Assembly (NCBI GenBank): GCA_965202695.1
Contig: OZ241843.1
Location: 3,456,701-3,520,700, forward strand
Direction: 5' to 3'
DNA from: Vicinamibacterales bacterium
Lineage (GTDB): Bacteria > Acidobacteriota > Vicinamibacteria > Vicinamibacterales > UBA8438
DNA length: 64,000 nt
Of the stretch, positions 1 to 8,300 are shown piece after piece (position 1 is the first letter of the stretch; each line of letters begins with the position of its first letter). The position numbers and the translations under genes are program-made. The notes under the pieces are model-generated. The model made no database searches. It had not been told where the DNA came from and was given only the letters and a program-made list of their open reading frames with translations.

Positions 1-298
1 TGTACGTGGAGGCTTGATCCTGTTGCTCGACGACGTACCGTGGTTGCAGTTCTTGATGGTGCGTCCGCGCGGCGGCGTCGGCGTGAATGACCGGCGGCGG
101 AAGCTGTTCGAACCACTCCAGTTCCGCGCCGTCGGTGACCCGGCAACGGTCGCCGGTTCCGTCCGCCGCAACCAATGCTGCGAAGAGACGGGACGGGGCC
201 GGCGGCCACTCGCCGCGGGTCAGGTTTCCGGTATTCGCGGCTCCGGTGGGGTCGCCGCGAAACGTCTCGTGGAGGAACTCCACCTGGATGGCGAGCAT
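1..298 (-). CDS. csb2: Type I-G (I-U) CRISPR-associated Cas5/Cas6 fusion (Csb2), N-terminal part only; continues past the left edge
   Basis: I translated the minus strand by hand from the ATG at 296-298: MLAIQVEFLHETFRGDPTGAANTGNLTRGEWPPAPSRLFAALVAADGTGDR... The EWPPxPxRLFxAL N-terminal block is the Csb2/Cas5u signature as I recall it. The start overlaps the upstream gene's stop by 1 nt (TGATG). It is absent from the ORF track because it is truncated. Confidence 0.55.
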   Translation of the reverse strand, partial: MLAIQVEFLHETFRGDPTGAANTGNLTRGEWPPAPSRLFAALVAADGTGDRCRVTDGAELEWFEQLPPPVIHADAAARTHHQELQPRYVVEQQDQASTY

Positions 299-1521
299 CA
301 GTCCGACAGCGGCCAGGTCGCGTGGATCGCGTCGCGGAGGTTGTCCTTGGGAGTGAGCACCGTCGGGTCCTTCGGGCCGGAGCCGTCACCCCAGCCGTCA
401 AGAGGTACCTCGACCGACTTCGCGTGTTTCAGCGCCGAGCGCAGCAGGTCTTCCGTGGTCTTTGCGTCACCCAGTTCGAAGGGCTCGTCTCCGCCGCTTT
501 TGAGCCGCGTCGCTGTCGTTTCCTTGGGTCTCAGCTCCGCGCCCGAGCGCAGGGCGAATCCCCGGCCGAAGGCAAGTACGTGGGCATGCAGGCCCATCGC
601 CACCAGCAGGGCGCGGGCCGCCTTGTCCTTGTCGGCGGCGTCGGGAACCGGTCCCAGGGTGATGCGTCTGAGCTGGGCGAACGAAACGGTGGCTCTCTGA
701 GTCACCCGAGCGAACGACACGGCTGCCGGTGTCCCGTCGTCTCCGGTCTTCATCAGGGCTTGTCCATGACCGATTTCCGAGAGCTTTTCCCTTTTGGTGT
801 TCTTGCCCTTCTTCTCGCCGGTGTCGAGTTTCCATCCCGCCAGCAGATCGTTCTCGTCGAACGTGACCTTGTCTTCGACGCTGAGGTTCAGCGGATCGCC
901 CTTGAGGCCGAGCACCCTGGTTTCGGCCGCCGCCGGCTTCCACCCTGCGATCTCCGACACCCAGGCTCGCGCGTGCTTGGCGTTGGTGCGCTTCTTGCCC
1001 AGGTGGGACTGCCAGAATCCGTAGAGCAGCGCTCCGGGGAACCATGCCATCAGCGGCCCGCACGTCTGCGCCGTGGCGCCGAAGATCGCTTTCCCGACGT
1101 CGGTCTTGGTGAAGTCATCGTCACCGAGTCGGGCATCCCGGAGGTACGCGTCGGCGTTGCGATGCGGAAACTGCCAGTTCGAGAGCGTCCGCGGCAGGTG
1201 CGCCGGCAGGTTTTCGATGCCGGAGAGATCGAGCACGATTTCGGGTACGAGCGTCGACTTTCGGTACAGGCGCAGGGCGTCTTCCAGGCGGTTGGCCTGT
1301 GACGGCACGTTGTCGATCACGATGACGGCCGTGGGCGCGTCGTCGTCGGGGCTGGCCCACCGACGATCCTGCTGGTATTTCCCGCCCTCGTAGATGGCGG
1401 GCTTGACCGGGCCGCCACGCCCCGACACGGGCTCGAGTTCCGCGTCGATGCGAATGCCGTCGTCGAAAGAGTCGTCGGCACAACCTGTGAGGAGTGCCTC
1501 GAGATCGAGCTTGCGAGCCAT
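298..1521 (-). CDS. csb1: Type I-G (I-U) CRISPR-associated Cas7 (Csb1 / GSU0053 family)
   Basis: ORF 298..1599 trimmed to the ATG at 1519-1521 (MARKLDLEALL...), with gggagg about 10 nt upstream. The blocks ELEPVSG..., SQANRLEDAL and SEIGHGQ resemble Csb1 as I recall it. A Csb2-like gene follows directly. Recall-based, no HMM run. Confidence 0.5.
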   Translation of the reverse strand: MARKLDLEALLTGCADDSFDDGIRIDAELEPVSGRGGPVKPAIYEGGKYQQDRRWASPDDDAPTAVIVIDNVPSQANRLEDALRLYRKSTLVPEIVLDLSGIENLPAHLPRTLSNWQFPHRNADAYLRDARLGDDDFTKTDVGKAIFGATAQTCGPLMAWFPGALLYGFWQSHLGKKRTNAKHARAWVSEIAGWKPAAAETRVLGLKGDPLNLSVEDKVTFDENDLLAGWKLDTGEKKGKNTKREKLSEIGHGQALMKTGDDGTPAAVSFARVTQRATVSFAQLRRITLGPVPDAADKDKAARALLVAMGLHAHVLAFGRGFALRSGAELRPKETTATRLKSGGDEPFELGDAKTTEDLLRSALKHAKSVEVPLDGWGDGSGPKDPTVLTPKDNLRDAIHATWPLSD

Positions 1522-1576
1522 ACTGGTCCTGCCTCCCACCAGACGAACAAACCGAACACCCTCGAACGAGACCGCG

Positions 1577-1592
1577 GAACAATCGCATGTTC
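1577..1592. promoter_or_regulatory. Perfect inverted repeat GAACA-N6-TGTTC upstream of csb1 (candidate operator)
   Basis: The sequence ggaacaatcgcatgttcg lies about 55-70 nt upstream of the csb1 start, inside the 310-bp intergenic region. Confidence 0.3.
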
Positions 1593-1831
1593 GTTGCAAA
1601 GGCTATCAGCGTATCACGTCGCCGTCCCGGTCGCGATAGCGCCCGAGCACACGTGCCGTGTCAACAGTTCGCGCCGACAGGACCAGCGCATCGGCCGGGC
1701 CGGTGGACTGGATCGGACCGATGGTGTCGGCAGCGTTCAGGTCGATGCGCCGGCGGAACCCGTCGAGCGACTCCGACGCGCCGCCGGGCCGGACGGGTTC
1801 TCGATGACCTCGCCGCGGCTGCCGAAGCCGT

Positions 1832-2398
1832 CTACCGTTCCATCTCCGCCCGGCGCCTCGCCAGTTCGCTCAAAATCTCGGGGGCGTCCTTCAGCGCCGC
1901 CAGCGGGCGGAGATGGGCGTCGATGTAGGCCCAGTCGAGGGCGCCGGCCTGCCGGGCGAGCACGCCGTCGACGTCGACCCAGTCGCGTCCGCGGGCGGCG
2001 AACGCCTTCAGGACGATCAGGTCTTCGGCCGAGCAGGTGCGCAGCGGCGTGTTCCCGGGGAACGTGAACGGGCTGGCCCGCGCGACGGCCGATTCCTCGA
2101 AGGGCAGCGCCCCGAGCGCGACGTCGATGCCGACGCCGGAGGCCGAGCGCAGCAGGAGCACGCGGTTGACGGCGGCGAAGCCGGGGGCGTCGTCCGTCCG
2201 TCCGGCGTACCGGTCGAGCAGGGCCTCGACGAACGGAGCTTCGCCGCCGAACCCGGTCAGCAGCGTCAGGTCGACGTCGATCGTCTCGCGCGGCTCGCCC
2301 CAGCGCTGCAGGGCGAGGCCGCCGATGAAGCAGAAGCGCCAGCGCCGGGCCTCGCAGAATGCTTGCAGGCCGGCGGCCACGCGGATCAGCTCGTTCAC
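1832..2398 (-). CDS. Small nucleotidyltransferase-fold protein (minimal NTase, DUF2204/AbiEii-like)
   Basis: 188 aa with a GTG start at 2396-2398. Carries GG-x5-G-x2-R-x-T-x-D-V-D (FIGGLALQRWGEPRETIDVDL) and a later DLIVLKAFAARGRDWVDV block. The start overlaps the upstream partner's stop (GTGA). Confidence 0.6.
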   Translation of the reverse strand: MNELIRVAAGLQAFCEARRWRFCFIGGLALQRWGEPRETIDVDLTLLTGFGGEAPFVEALLDRYAGRTDDAPGFAAVNRVLLLRSASGVGIDVALGALPFEESAVARASPFTFPGNTPLRTCSAEDLIVLKAFAARGRDWVDVDGVLARQAGALDWAYIDAHLRPLAALKDAPEILSELARRRAEMER

Positions 2399-2494
2399 CG
2401 CGGCCGGCCGCCTTCATGAACCAGCGCACTTCCGGTAGCCGCCGAGCTTGCCGTGCGCCATTCACCGCGGTCGGCCGCCTTCATGAACCAGCGC
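2394..2494. repeat. 34-bp direct repeat x2 (1 mismatch), 67-bp period, duplicating the partner/NTase gene junction
   Basis: ttcaccgcggccggccgccttcatgaaccagcgc occurs at 2394-2427 and ttcaccgcggtcggccgccttcatgaaccagcgc at 2461-2494. Confidence 0.85.
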
Positions 2495-2715
2495 TGCTGC
2501 TCGACGAGGCCGGAGGTGGGCCGGGGCGCCCGCGGGGGGACGGTGTAGTCGGCCTCGCCGCAGAGCAGGGCGATGGCCCGCCGCTGGTCGAGCCGGCGCA
2601 GCTCCGTGCGCCGCACCTGCTCCAGGCGCGGGCCGGCTTCCCGCCACGTCCGCACCCACCGCCGCGCATCGGCGATCTGTTGCGGGGTCCACCCGGCGAA
2701 TGTCGGGTCTTCCAC
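2395..2715 (-). CDS. Hypothetical small protein, partner (antitoxin-like) of the NTase
   Basis: ORF 2395..2895 trimmed to the GTG at 2713-2715 (VEDPTFAGWTPQQIADARRW...SGLVEQQRWFMKAA...). TATAAT lies 6 nt upstream. There is a 4-nt overlap with the NTase start. Confidence 0.4.
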   Translation of the reverse strand: MEDPTFAGWTPQQIADARRWVRTWREAGPRLEQVRRTELRRLDQRRAIALLCGEADYTVPPRAPRPTSGLVEQQRWFMKAADRGEWRTASSAATGSALVHEGGRPR

Positions 2716-2721
2716 CCGGCG

Positions 2722-2727
2722 ATTATA
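2722..2727 (-). promoter_or_regulatory. Consensus -10 (TATAAT) 6 nt upstream of the GTG at 2715; implies a leaderless transcript
   Basis: The minus strand reads gtcTATAATcgccggGTGgaagac. The -35 is weak. Confidence 0.35.
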
Positions 2728-2922
2728 GACGCGCCGGGTGGCGCGGCGAACGGTCCGGCCGCCCGCCCCGCGGCGCCGCGCCCGGACATGCGGCGCGCCG
2801 GGCGCAGGGGAGCCGGCGGGTCGGAGCGCACCGCCGCGGTCGGCGCGGAGCGGGGCGTTACGCTCTTGTCTTCGCTTGCCCGGCGGCGCCGCCACGGCGG
2901 TTCGCCGAGCGGGGCGGCGTGC

Positions 2923-5025
2923 TCAGCCCTCGCGGTCCAGCCGGTCCGCATCGACGCCGAGCGCCACGAGCAGGGGGCCGTAGCGCCGCTCGAAGTTGCC
3001 CATCCTGCCGCTGGAGACGGCGAGCCGGTCGTCGCCGCACCGGACCACGAGGTCGTCGGTCAGGCGTCCGCGCCGCCGGCCGAAGCGGACGGGGGCCAGG
3101 GGATGGAACTCGGCGTGGATGGGGTGGACCTCGGGCGCGCCGTCGTCGATGGCGAGTTCGTTGTCGGGGACGGCGCCGACGACGAGCTGGTCGCGGCGGA
3201 ACACGAGCCACCGCGCCCGGTCCGCGCTGGTGGTGGCGGCGGCGACGGCCAGAGCCTCGCCGCGGCCGAGGTGCCGCAGGATGGCGGGCGCGGCGTGCGG
3301 CGGCCAGGTCGAGAGGTCGGCGAGGCGCAGCCGCTCGCGTATGCGGCGGGACGCGGCGTCGAGATAGTGCTTCCACGCCGCCGCGACCTGCTTGCGCTCG
3401 GGCAGCAGCACCGACGCGCAGAGCAGCACGAGGTGGTCGTGGTCGACGGGCCAGGGCGCCGGCGCCGAGCACAGCAGGTCGGCCGCCGACGTCACCAGCG
3501 GCTCGGCCAGCCGGTCTCCGACGAGGGCCGGCGGGGGAGCGGGCAGGCGCGGTTCGCCGGGAGCGGCCCCGTGGTCGTAGGCGGCCGCCACCGCGTCGAG
3601 CAGCAGGCGTTCGGCCGCTTCGGCGTCCACCGACTGCCGCGCCCGCGCGGCGAACACGGTGCCGCGGAGCGACCGGCACGCCTCGTCGCGGCCGGCGCCC
3701 AGCCAGTCGCGCGCGAGCGCGGCGAGCAGCCCGAACCCGTCGGCCGCCCGCGCCGCTTCCGGACGGTCGGAACCGCCGAGGTCGACCGGCAGCGGCAGGC
3801 GGCGCTGCAGGGTCTCGATGGCGGCCCTCGCGGCCGGGGCCTGGAGTCCGCGCATGTCCGACAGCAGGTCGGCCAGACGTTCGGCGACCGCCTGCCGGTC
3901 GGCCGGCCGCAGCCCGTCGAGGTCGACGGCGGGGACCCCCGGCGGCGCCGGCGCGCGGTCGTCGGCGAGCGCGCGCAGCAGCGCCATCTTCGCGAACTCG
4001 TCGGGGATGGGCGCGCGCAGCACGCGGTCGAGCAGCCGCCGCCGGTTGTGGTCGACGCCGGGAATGCAGGCGTGGACGCGGACCGCCTCGACGAGCGCGG
4101 TCCAGTCGGGGCCGCGGTACGAGCGCAGCGGGTCGTAGATGCGCGCCACCCGCAGATAGACCAGCGCCACCGAGCTCTCCAGCAGCGTCTTCAGCCAGAC
4201 CTCGGCCCGCGACCGGATGAGCCGGCCGCCGACGCGCTTGGCGACCTCGGTGCCCAGCATCCAGGCCGCGACGCCGACGGGGTTCGAGCCGGCGGCGAGG
4301 CGCGCGGCGAAGAGGGCGCCGTTGACGTAGTGCTCGTAGGGCGACAGCTTCCGGTAGAGGGCCAGCCCCTGCTGCACCTGCTCGAGCTGGGCCACCACCG
4401 TCTTGATGGACCAGCCGGCGGGGTCGACGAACGGCGCCTGCCGGGCCAGGTGCAGCAGCTCGCCGAGGGCCGAGCGCGCCGCGAGCGCGATGTCGCCGGT
4501 GCGCGCCTCGAGCACCGCGTTGTCGGATTCGGCGTGGTACAGCGCCGCGACTTCCTGCACGACGTCGCGCAACTCGGCGAAGATGGCGCCGCCCGCGAGG
4601 TCGACGACGCGCCCGTCCTCGCGCCGCACGTACCGCCGGTCGCGGATGCCGTTCCACACCCGGTCGCAGCGGTCGCGGATCATCTCCCCGAGCCGGCGTT
4701 CGCGCTCGTCGAGGGTCGCGGGCGGGGCGGTCGTCCGGGCGCCGCGGCGGAGCAGGTCGTCGTAGGCCAGCTCGACCGGAAACACCCCCGCCGCGCCGAG
4801 CCGGGCGTCGAGCGCCCGCAGCTCGTCGAGCCGCCGGCCGAGCTCGGCGCTCGCCTGCGCGTCGGCCGACTCCCGGCCCCGCGCCATGGCCCCGGCGCCG
4901 ACGGCGGCGGCGCCGAGCAGGGCGAGGGCGGCGCCCGCCTCGGGCAGGGCCGAGAGCGCCAGCGCGGCCCCCGACGCCAGGGCCCCGCCCCCGCCCGCCA
5001 GCCAGATGACCGATGCATGCCTCAT
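2923..5025 (-). CDS. Hypothetical 700-aa protein with an N-terminal hydrophobic (probably 2 TM) anchor; no family recognised
   Basis: ORF 2923..5373 trimmed to the ATG at 5023-5025 (MRHASVIWLAGGGGALASGAALALSALPEAGAALALLGAAAVGAG...). The reading frame is long, non-repetitive and has coding-like composition. Confidence 0.6.
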   Translation of the reverse strand: MRHASVIWLAGGGGALASGAALALSALPEAGAALALLGAAAVGAGAMARGRESADAQASAELGRRLDELRALDARLGAAGVFPVELAYDDLLRRGARTTAPPATLDERERRLGEMIRDRCDRVWNGIRDRRYVRREDGRVVDLAGGAIFAELRDVVQEVAALYHAESDNAVLEARTGDIALAARSALGELLHLARQAPFVDPAGWSIKTVVAQLEQVQQGLALYRKLSPYEHYVNGALFAARLAAGSNPVGVAAWMLGTEVAKRVGGRLIRSRAEVWLKTLLESSVALVYLRVARIYDPLRSYRGPDWTALVEAVRVHACIPGVDHNRRRLLDRVLRAPIPDEFAKMALLRALADDRAPAPPGVPAVDLDGLRPADRQAVAERLADLLSDMRGLQAPAARAAIETLQRRLPLPVDLGGSDRPEAARAADGFGLLAALARDWLGAGRDEACRSLRGTVFAARARQSVDAEAAERLLLDAVAAAYDHGAAPGEPRLPAPPPALVGDRLAEPLVTSAADLLCSAPAPWPVDHDHLVLLCASVLLPERKQVAAAWKHYLDAASRRIRERLRLADLSTWPPHAAPAILRHLGRGEALAVAAATTSADRARWLVFRRDQLVVGAVPDNELAIDDGAPEVHPIHAEFHPLAPVRFGRRRGRLTDDLVVRCGDDRLAVSSGRMGNFERRYGPLLVALGVDADRLDREG

Positions 5026-5091
5026 GCGCCGCCGCCGTCCACCGGATGCGCGTCGGTTACGTGAGCGAGAGGGCCGCGCACCCCAGTCTAG

Positions 5092-5337
5092 CAGCCGCGG
5101 CGGACCCCTGGCGGACCCCGCGTCGCACGCGCCGCGCCCGAAGGACGCCGGCGAACGTCGCGGGCGCCGCCGGGGCCAGGGGCGCCCGCCCGGCAAGTCG
5201 TGAGGAAGACGCCCGTCGGATGTCGCGACCGCGGTCCGCGCACGGGCGGTCGCGGACCGCAAGACGGTCCGACGAACGAAGCGGTCAGGCGGAGCGCATC
5301 GCCGCTGGGAACGTCGCGGGGCTTTCCACCCGCGGCC
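5092..5337 (+). repeat. Dispersed intergenic repeat family, copy A (long form)
   Basis: Shares ggcggaccccgcgtcgcac (19 nt exact) with copy C. Shares gtcaggcg..gcgcatcgccgct..cgcgggg with copies B and E. Termini are cagccgcgg ... ccgcggcc. Confidence 0.7.
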
Positions 5338-5381
5338 GGTGCGGCCGGCGCGGCCGGGGGCACCGGTTATCATGAAGGGTT

Positions 5382-8300
5382 GTGTCCTCCGCGAAGTTCC
5401 GACGAACGGCCGCGGCCGGCCTGATCGCGGCGGCCGCCGCGGCGGCCGCTCCCGAAGCGCACGGCCAGACCCCGCCGCCGGCGGTCCGCGCCGCCGGTCC
5501 GGTCGCGGTCGCGGCCTTCGTCAACCTGTCGGGCGACCCCGCCGACGCCTGGATCGGCGACGGCATCGCCGAGACCCTGGCCGCCGACCTCGGCCGGCCG
5601 GCGGGCCGCCTTCCGGCGGGTCTGCGGGTGGACGGCGCCTACCAGCAGGTGGGCGGCCGTCTCCGCATCACCGCGCAACTGGTGGACGCCGGCAGCGGAC
5701 GGGTGGTGGCCGCGGCCCGCGTCGACGGGCCGCTCGCCGACCTCTTCGGCCTGCAGGACGATCTGGCGGCCCGTCTCGGCGCCGGGATGCGCCGCGCCGC
5801 GGCCGATCCCGCGTCGGCGGGAACCGGCCCCCGCGGTTCGCCGGGGTCGCCCGGCGGGGCGCCGGAAGCGGCGCCGGGGTCGACCGGCGGGGCCGCGTCC
5901 CGCCGCGCTTCCGCACCGTCGGCGCCGCCCGCCCGGGCGCCGGCGTGGAGCGGCGGGGCCGCGTCCCGCCGTTCTGCGGCGCAGACTCCTGCTTCTGCGC
6001 CGCCGCCGGCAGCGGCGCCGGGGTCGGCCGGCGGGGCCGCGTCCCCCGGCGGCCCCGCGCCGCCGGTCCGGGCGGAAGCGGCGCCGCCTGCGCCGGCGGC
6101 GTCCGGGACGCGCGCCGCCGCGGTCCCTCCCGTCTTCGACGCGCCGGCGGCGGCGTCCGGGCCGGGGGCGTCGGCCGCCGCGGCCCGTCCGGCCGCCGCC
6201 CCCGGTACGGGCGCGGGGTTCGCGGCCCCGGGCGCCATCGACGGGCCGCCGCCGCCCCTGCCGCCCGAGGTGGTGGCCCGCGACGCCCGCGGGCGCATGA
6301 CCCTGCGCGCCATCCGGCTCGACGCGCCGCTGCAGCTCGACGGCCGGCTCGACGAGCGCGTCTACCACGACGTGCCCCCGGTGACCGACTTCGTCCAGCA
6401 GGAGCCGAACGAGGGCGCGCCCGCGGAGGACCGGACCGAGGTGTGGGTGACGTTCGACGCCGACACCCTGTACGTGTCGGCCCGGTGCTGGAGCCGGGCG
6501 CCGGACCGCATCGTCGCCAACGAGATGAAGCGCGACAGCTACGGCATGTACGGCAACGAGACGATCTCGGTGGTGCTCGACACGTTCTACGACCGGCGCA
6601 ACGCCTTCTCCTTCACCACCAACGCCATCGGGGGCCTCTTCGATTCCCTCGTCACCGACGAGCGCAGCCAGAACATCGACTGGAACACGGTCTGGGACGT
6701 CGGCGCGGGGCGGTTCGACGACGGGTGGACGGTGGAGATCGCCATCCCCTTCAAGTCGCTCCGGTACCGGGCGGGGCCGGTCCAGGTGTGGGGCGTCAAC
6801 GTGCAGCGCCGCGTGGCGTCGACCAACGAGACCTCGTTCCTGACCCCGATCCCCGCGTCCCTCAGTTGGGCCGGGGCCTACAAGATGTCGTCGGCGGCGA
6901 CCCTCGTGGGGCTGGAGCCGCCGGCCTCGGGCACCCGGCTCGAGGTCAAGCCGTACGGCATCTCGGACGTCACCACCGACGTCGCCCGCGCCGCCGGCGA
7001 GCGCACCGCGGCCGGGGGCGACGTGGGGTTCGACGTCAAGTACGGCGTCACCCAGGGCCTGACCGCCGACTTCACGTACAACACCGACTTCGCGCAGGTC
7101 GAGGTGGACGAGCAGCAGGTGAACCTGACCCGCTTCAGCCTCTTCTTTCCCGAGAAGCGCGAGTTCTTCCTGGAAGGGCAGGGCATCTTCGACTTCGGCG
7201 GCGGCTTCACCAGCGACGCCACCGCGTTCTACTTCGGGGGCGGGCAGTTCGCGGGGACCGCGCCGATCCTGTTCTTCAGCCGGCGCATCGGGCTGCAGGA
7301 CGGCCGGACCGTCCCCATCCGGGCCGGGGGGCGGCTGACCGGCAAGGCCGGGCCCTACAGCATCGGGGTGCTGAACGTGCGGACCGAGGAGACGGACGCC
7401 GCCGCCGCGACGGACTTCTCGGTCTTCCGGGTCAAGCGCGACGTCCTGCGCCGCAGCGCGGTCGGGGCGCTGTTCACGGGCCGGTCGGTGTCTCTCGACG
7501 GCGGCGGGTCGAACCAGGTGTACGGCGTCGACGGCCTCTTCTCGTTCCACGACAACCTGAACGTCACCTCGTGGCTGGCCCAGAGCCGGCTGCCCGGCGT
7601 GAGCCCCGACGACGCCCTGAGCTACCAGGCCCGGCTGGACTACCGCGGCGACCGCTGGGGCTTCCTCGCGGAACGGCTGGCCGTCGGCGCCGACTTCCGG
7701 CCCGAGGTCGGCTTCGTCCGCCGGCGCGACTTCCGGCGCAACTTCCTGGAGGGCCGGTTCAGCCCGCGCCCGGCGTCCATCCCGGCGGTCCGCAAGTTCC
7801 TGTTCCAGGGCAGCCTCGACTACACCACCGACGGGGCCGGCCTCCCCGAGACGCGGGTGCGGCAGGGGCTGTTCGGCGTCGAGTTCGAGAACGGCGACCT
7901 GCTGTACGCCGGCGCGACCGACAGTTACGAGCGGCTGAAGCGCGCGTTCGCGATGACCCCGGACATCACCATCCCCGCCGGCGGCTACCGCTTCTTCAAC
8001 ACCCGCGTCGTGTACGCGCTGGGCCAGCAGCGCGTCGTGTCGGGGGGGCTGAGCTTCGACCGCGGCGGGTTCTTCGGGGGCGAGCGCACGGGCGTGGGCT
8101 ATACGTTCGCCCGCGTGTACCTCTCGTCGCAGTTGAACGTCGAGCCTTCCGTGTCGTTCAACTGGCTCGCCCTGCCGGAGGGCGACTTCACGACGGAGCT
8201 CGTCTCGGTCCGCACCACCTACACCGTGACCCCGCGCATGTTCGTGGCGGCGCTGGTGCAGTACAACTCGACCCTCGACTCGCTGGGCACCAACGTGCGC

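Noticed and set aside
1577-1592. GAACA-N6-TGTTC upstream of csb1 as a LexA/SOS (Cheo-box-like) operator.
   Set aside because: The spacing differs from GAAC-N4-GTTC. The uvrA upstream region in this window (45700-45835), a usual SOS target, contains no similar site. It is kept only as a generic operator candidate.
2923-5025. The 700-aa orphan protein as the missing Cas8u/Csx17 large subunit (similar size, same strand, upstream of cas7u).
   Set aside because: It has a hydrophobic membrane-anchor N-terminus and no resemblance I can see to the Csx17 N-terminus. A TA-like module separates it from csb1. The idea is unsupported without profile searches.
2359-5064. Very long Arg/Pro/Ala/Gly-rich ORFs, out of frame with or antisense to the called genes. 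Examples: 2359..5064 (+), 2858..4657 (-), 5339..8596 (+), 5370..7550 (-), 8219..10051 (-), 18527..21565 (+), 24286..27099 (+), 45839..48712 (-), 46222..48921 (+) and 59363..61225 (-).
   Set aside because: These are typical shadow ORFs of a very high-G+C genome. They have extreme R/P/A/G composition and no recognisable motifs. Each overlaps a gene with a clear family signature on another frame or strand.
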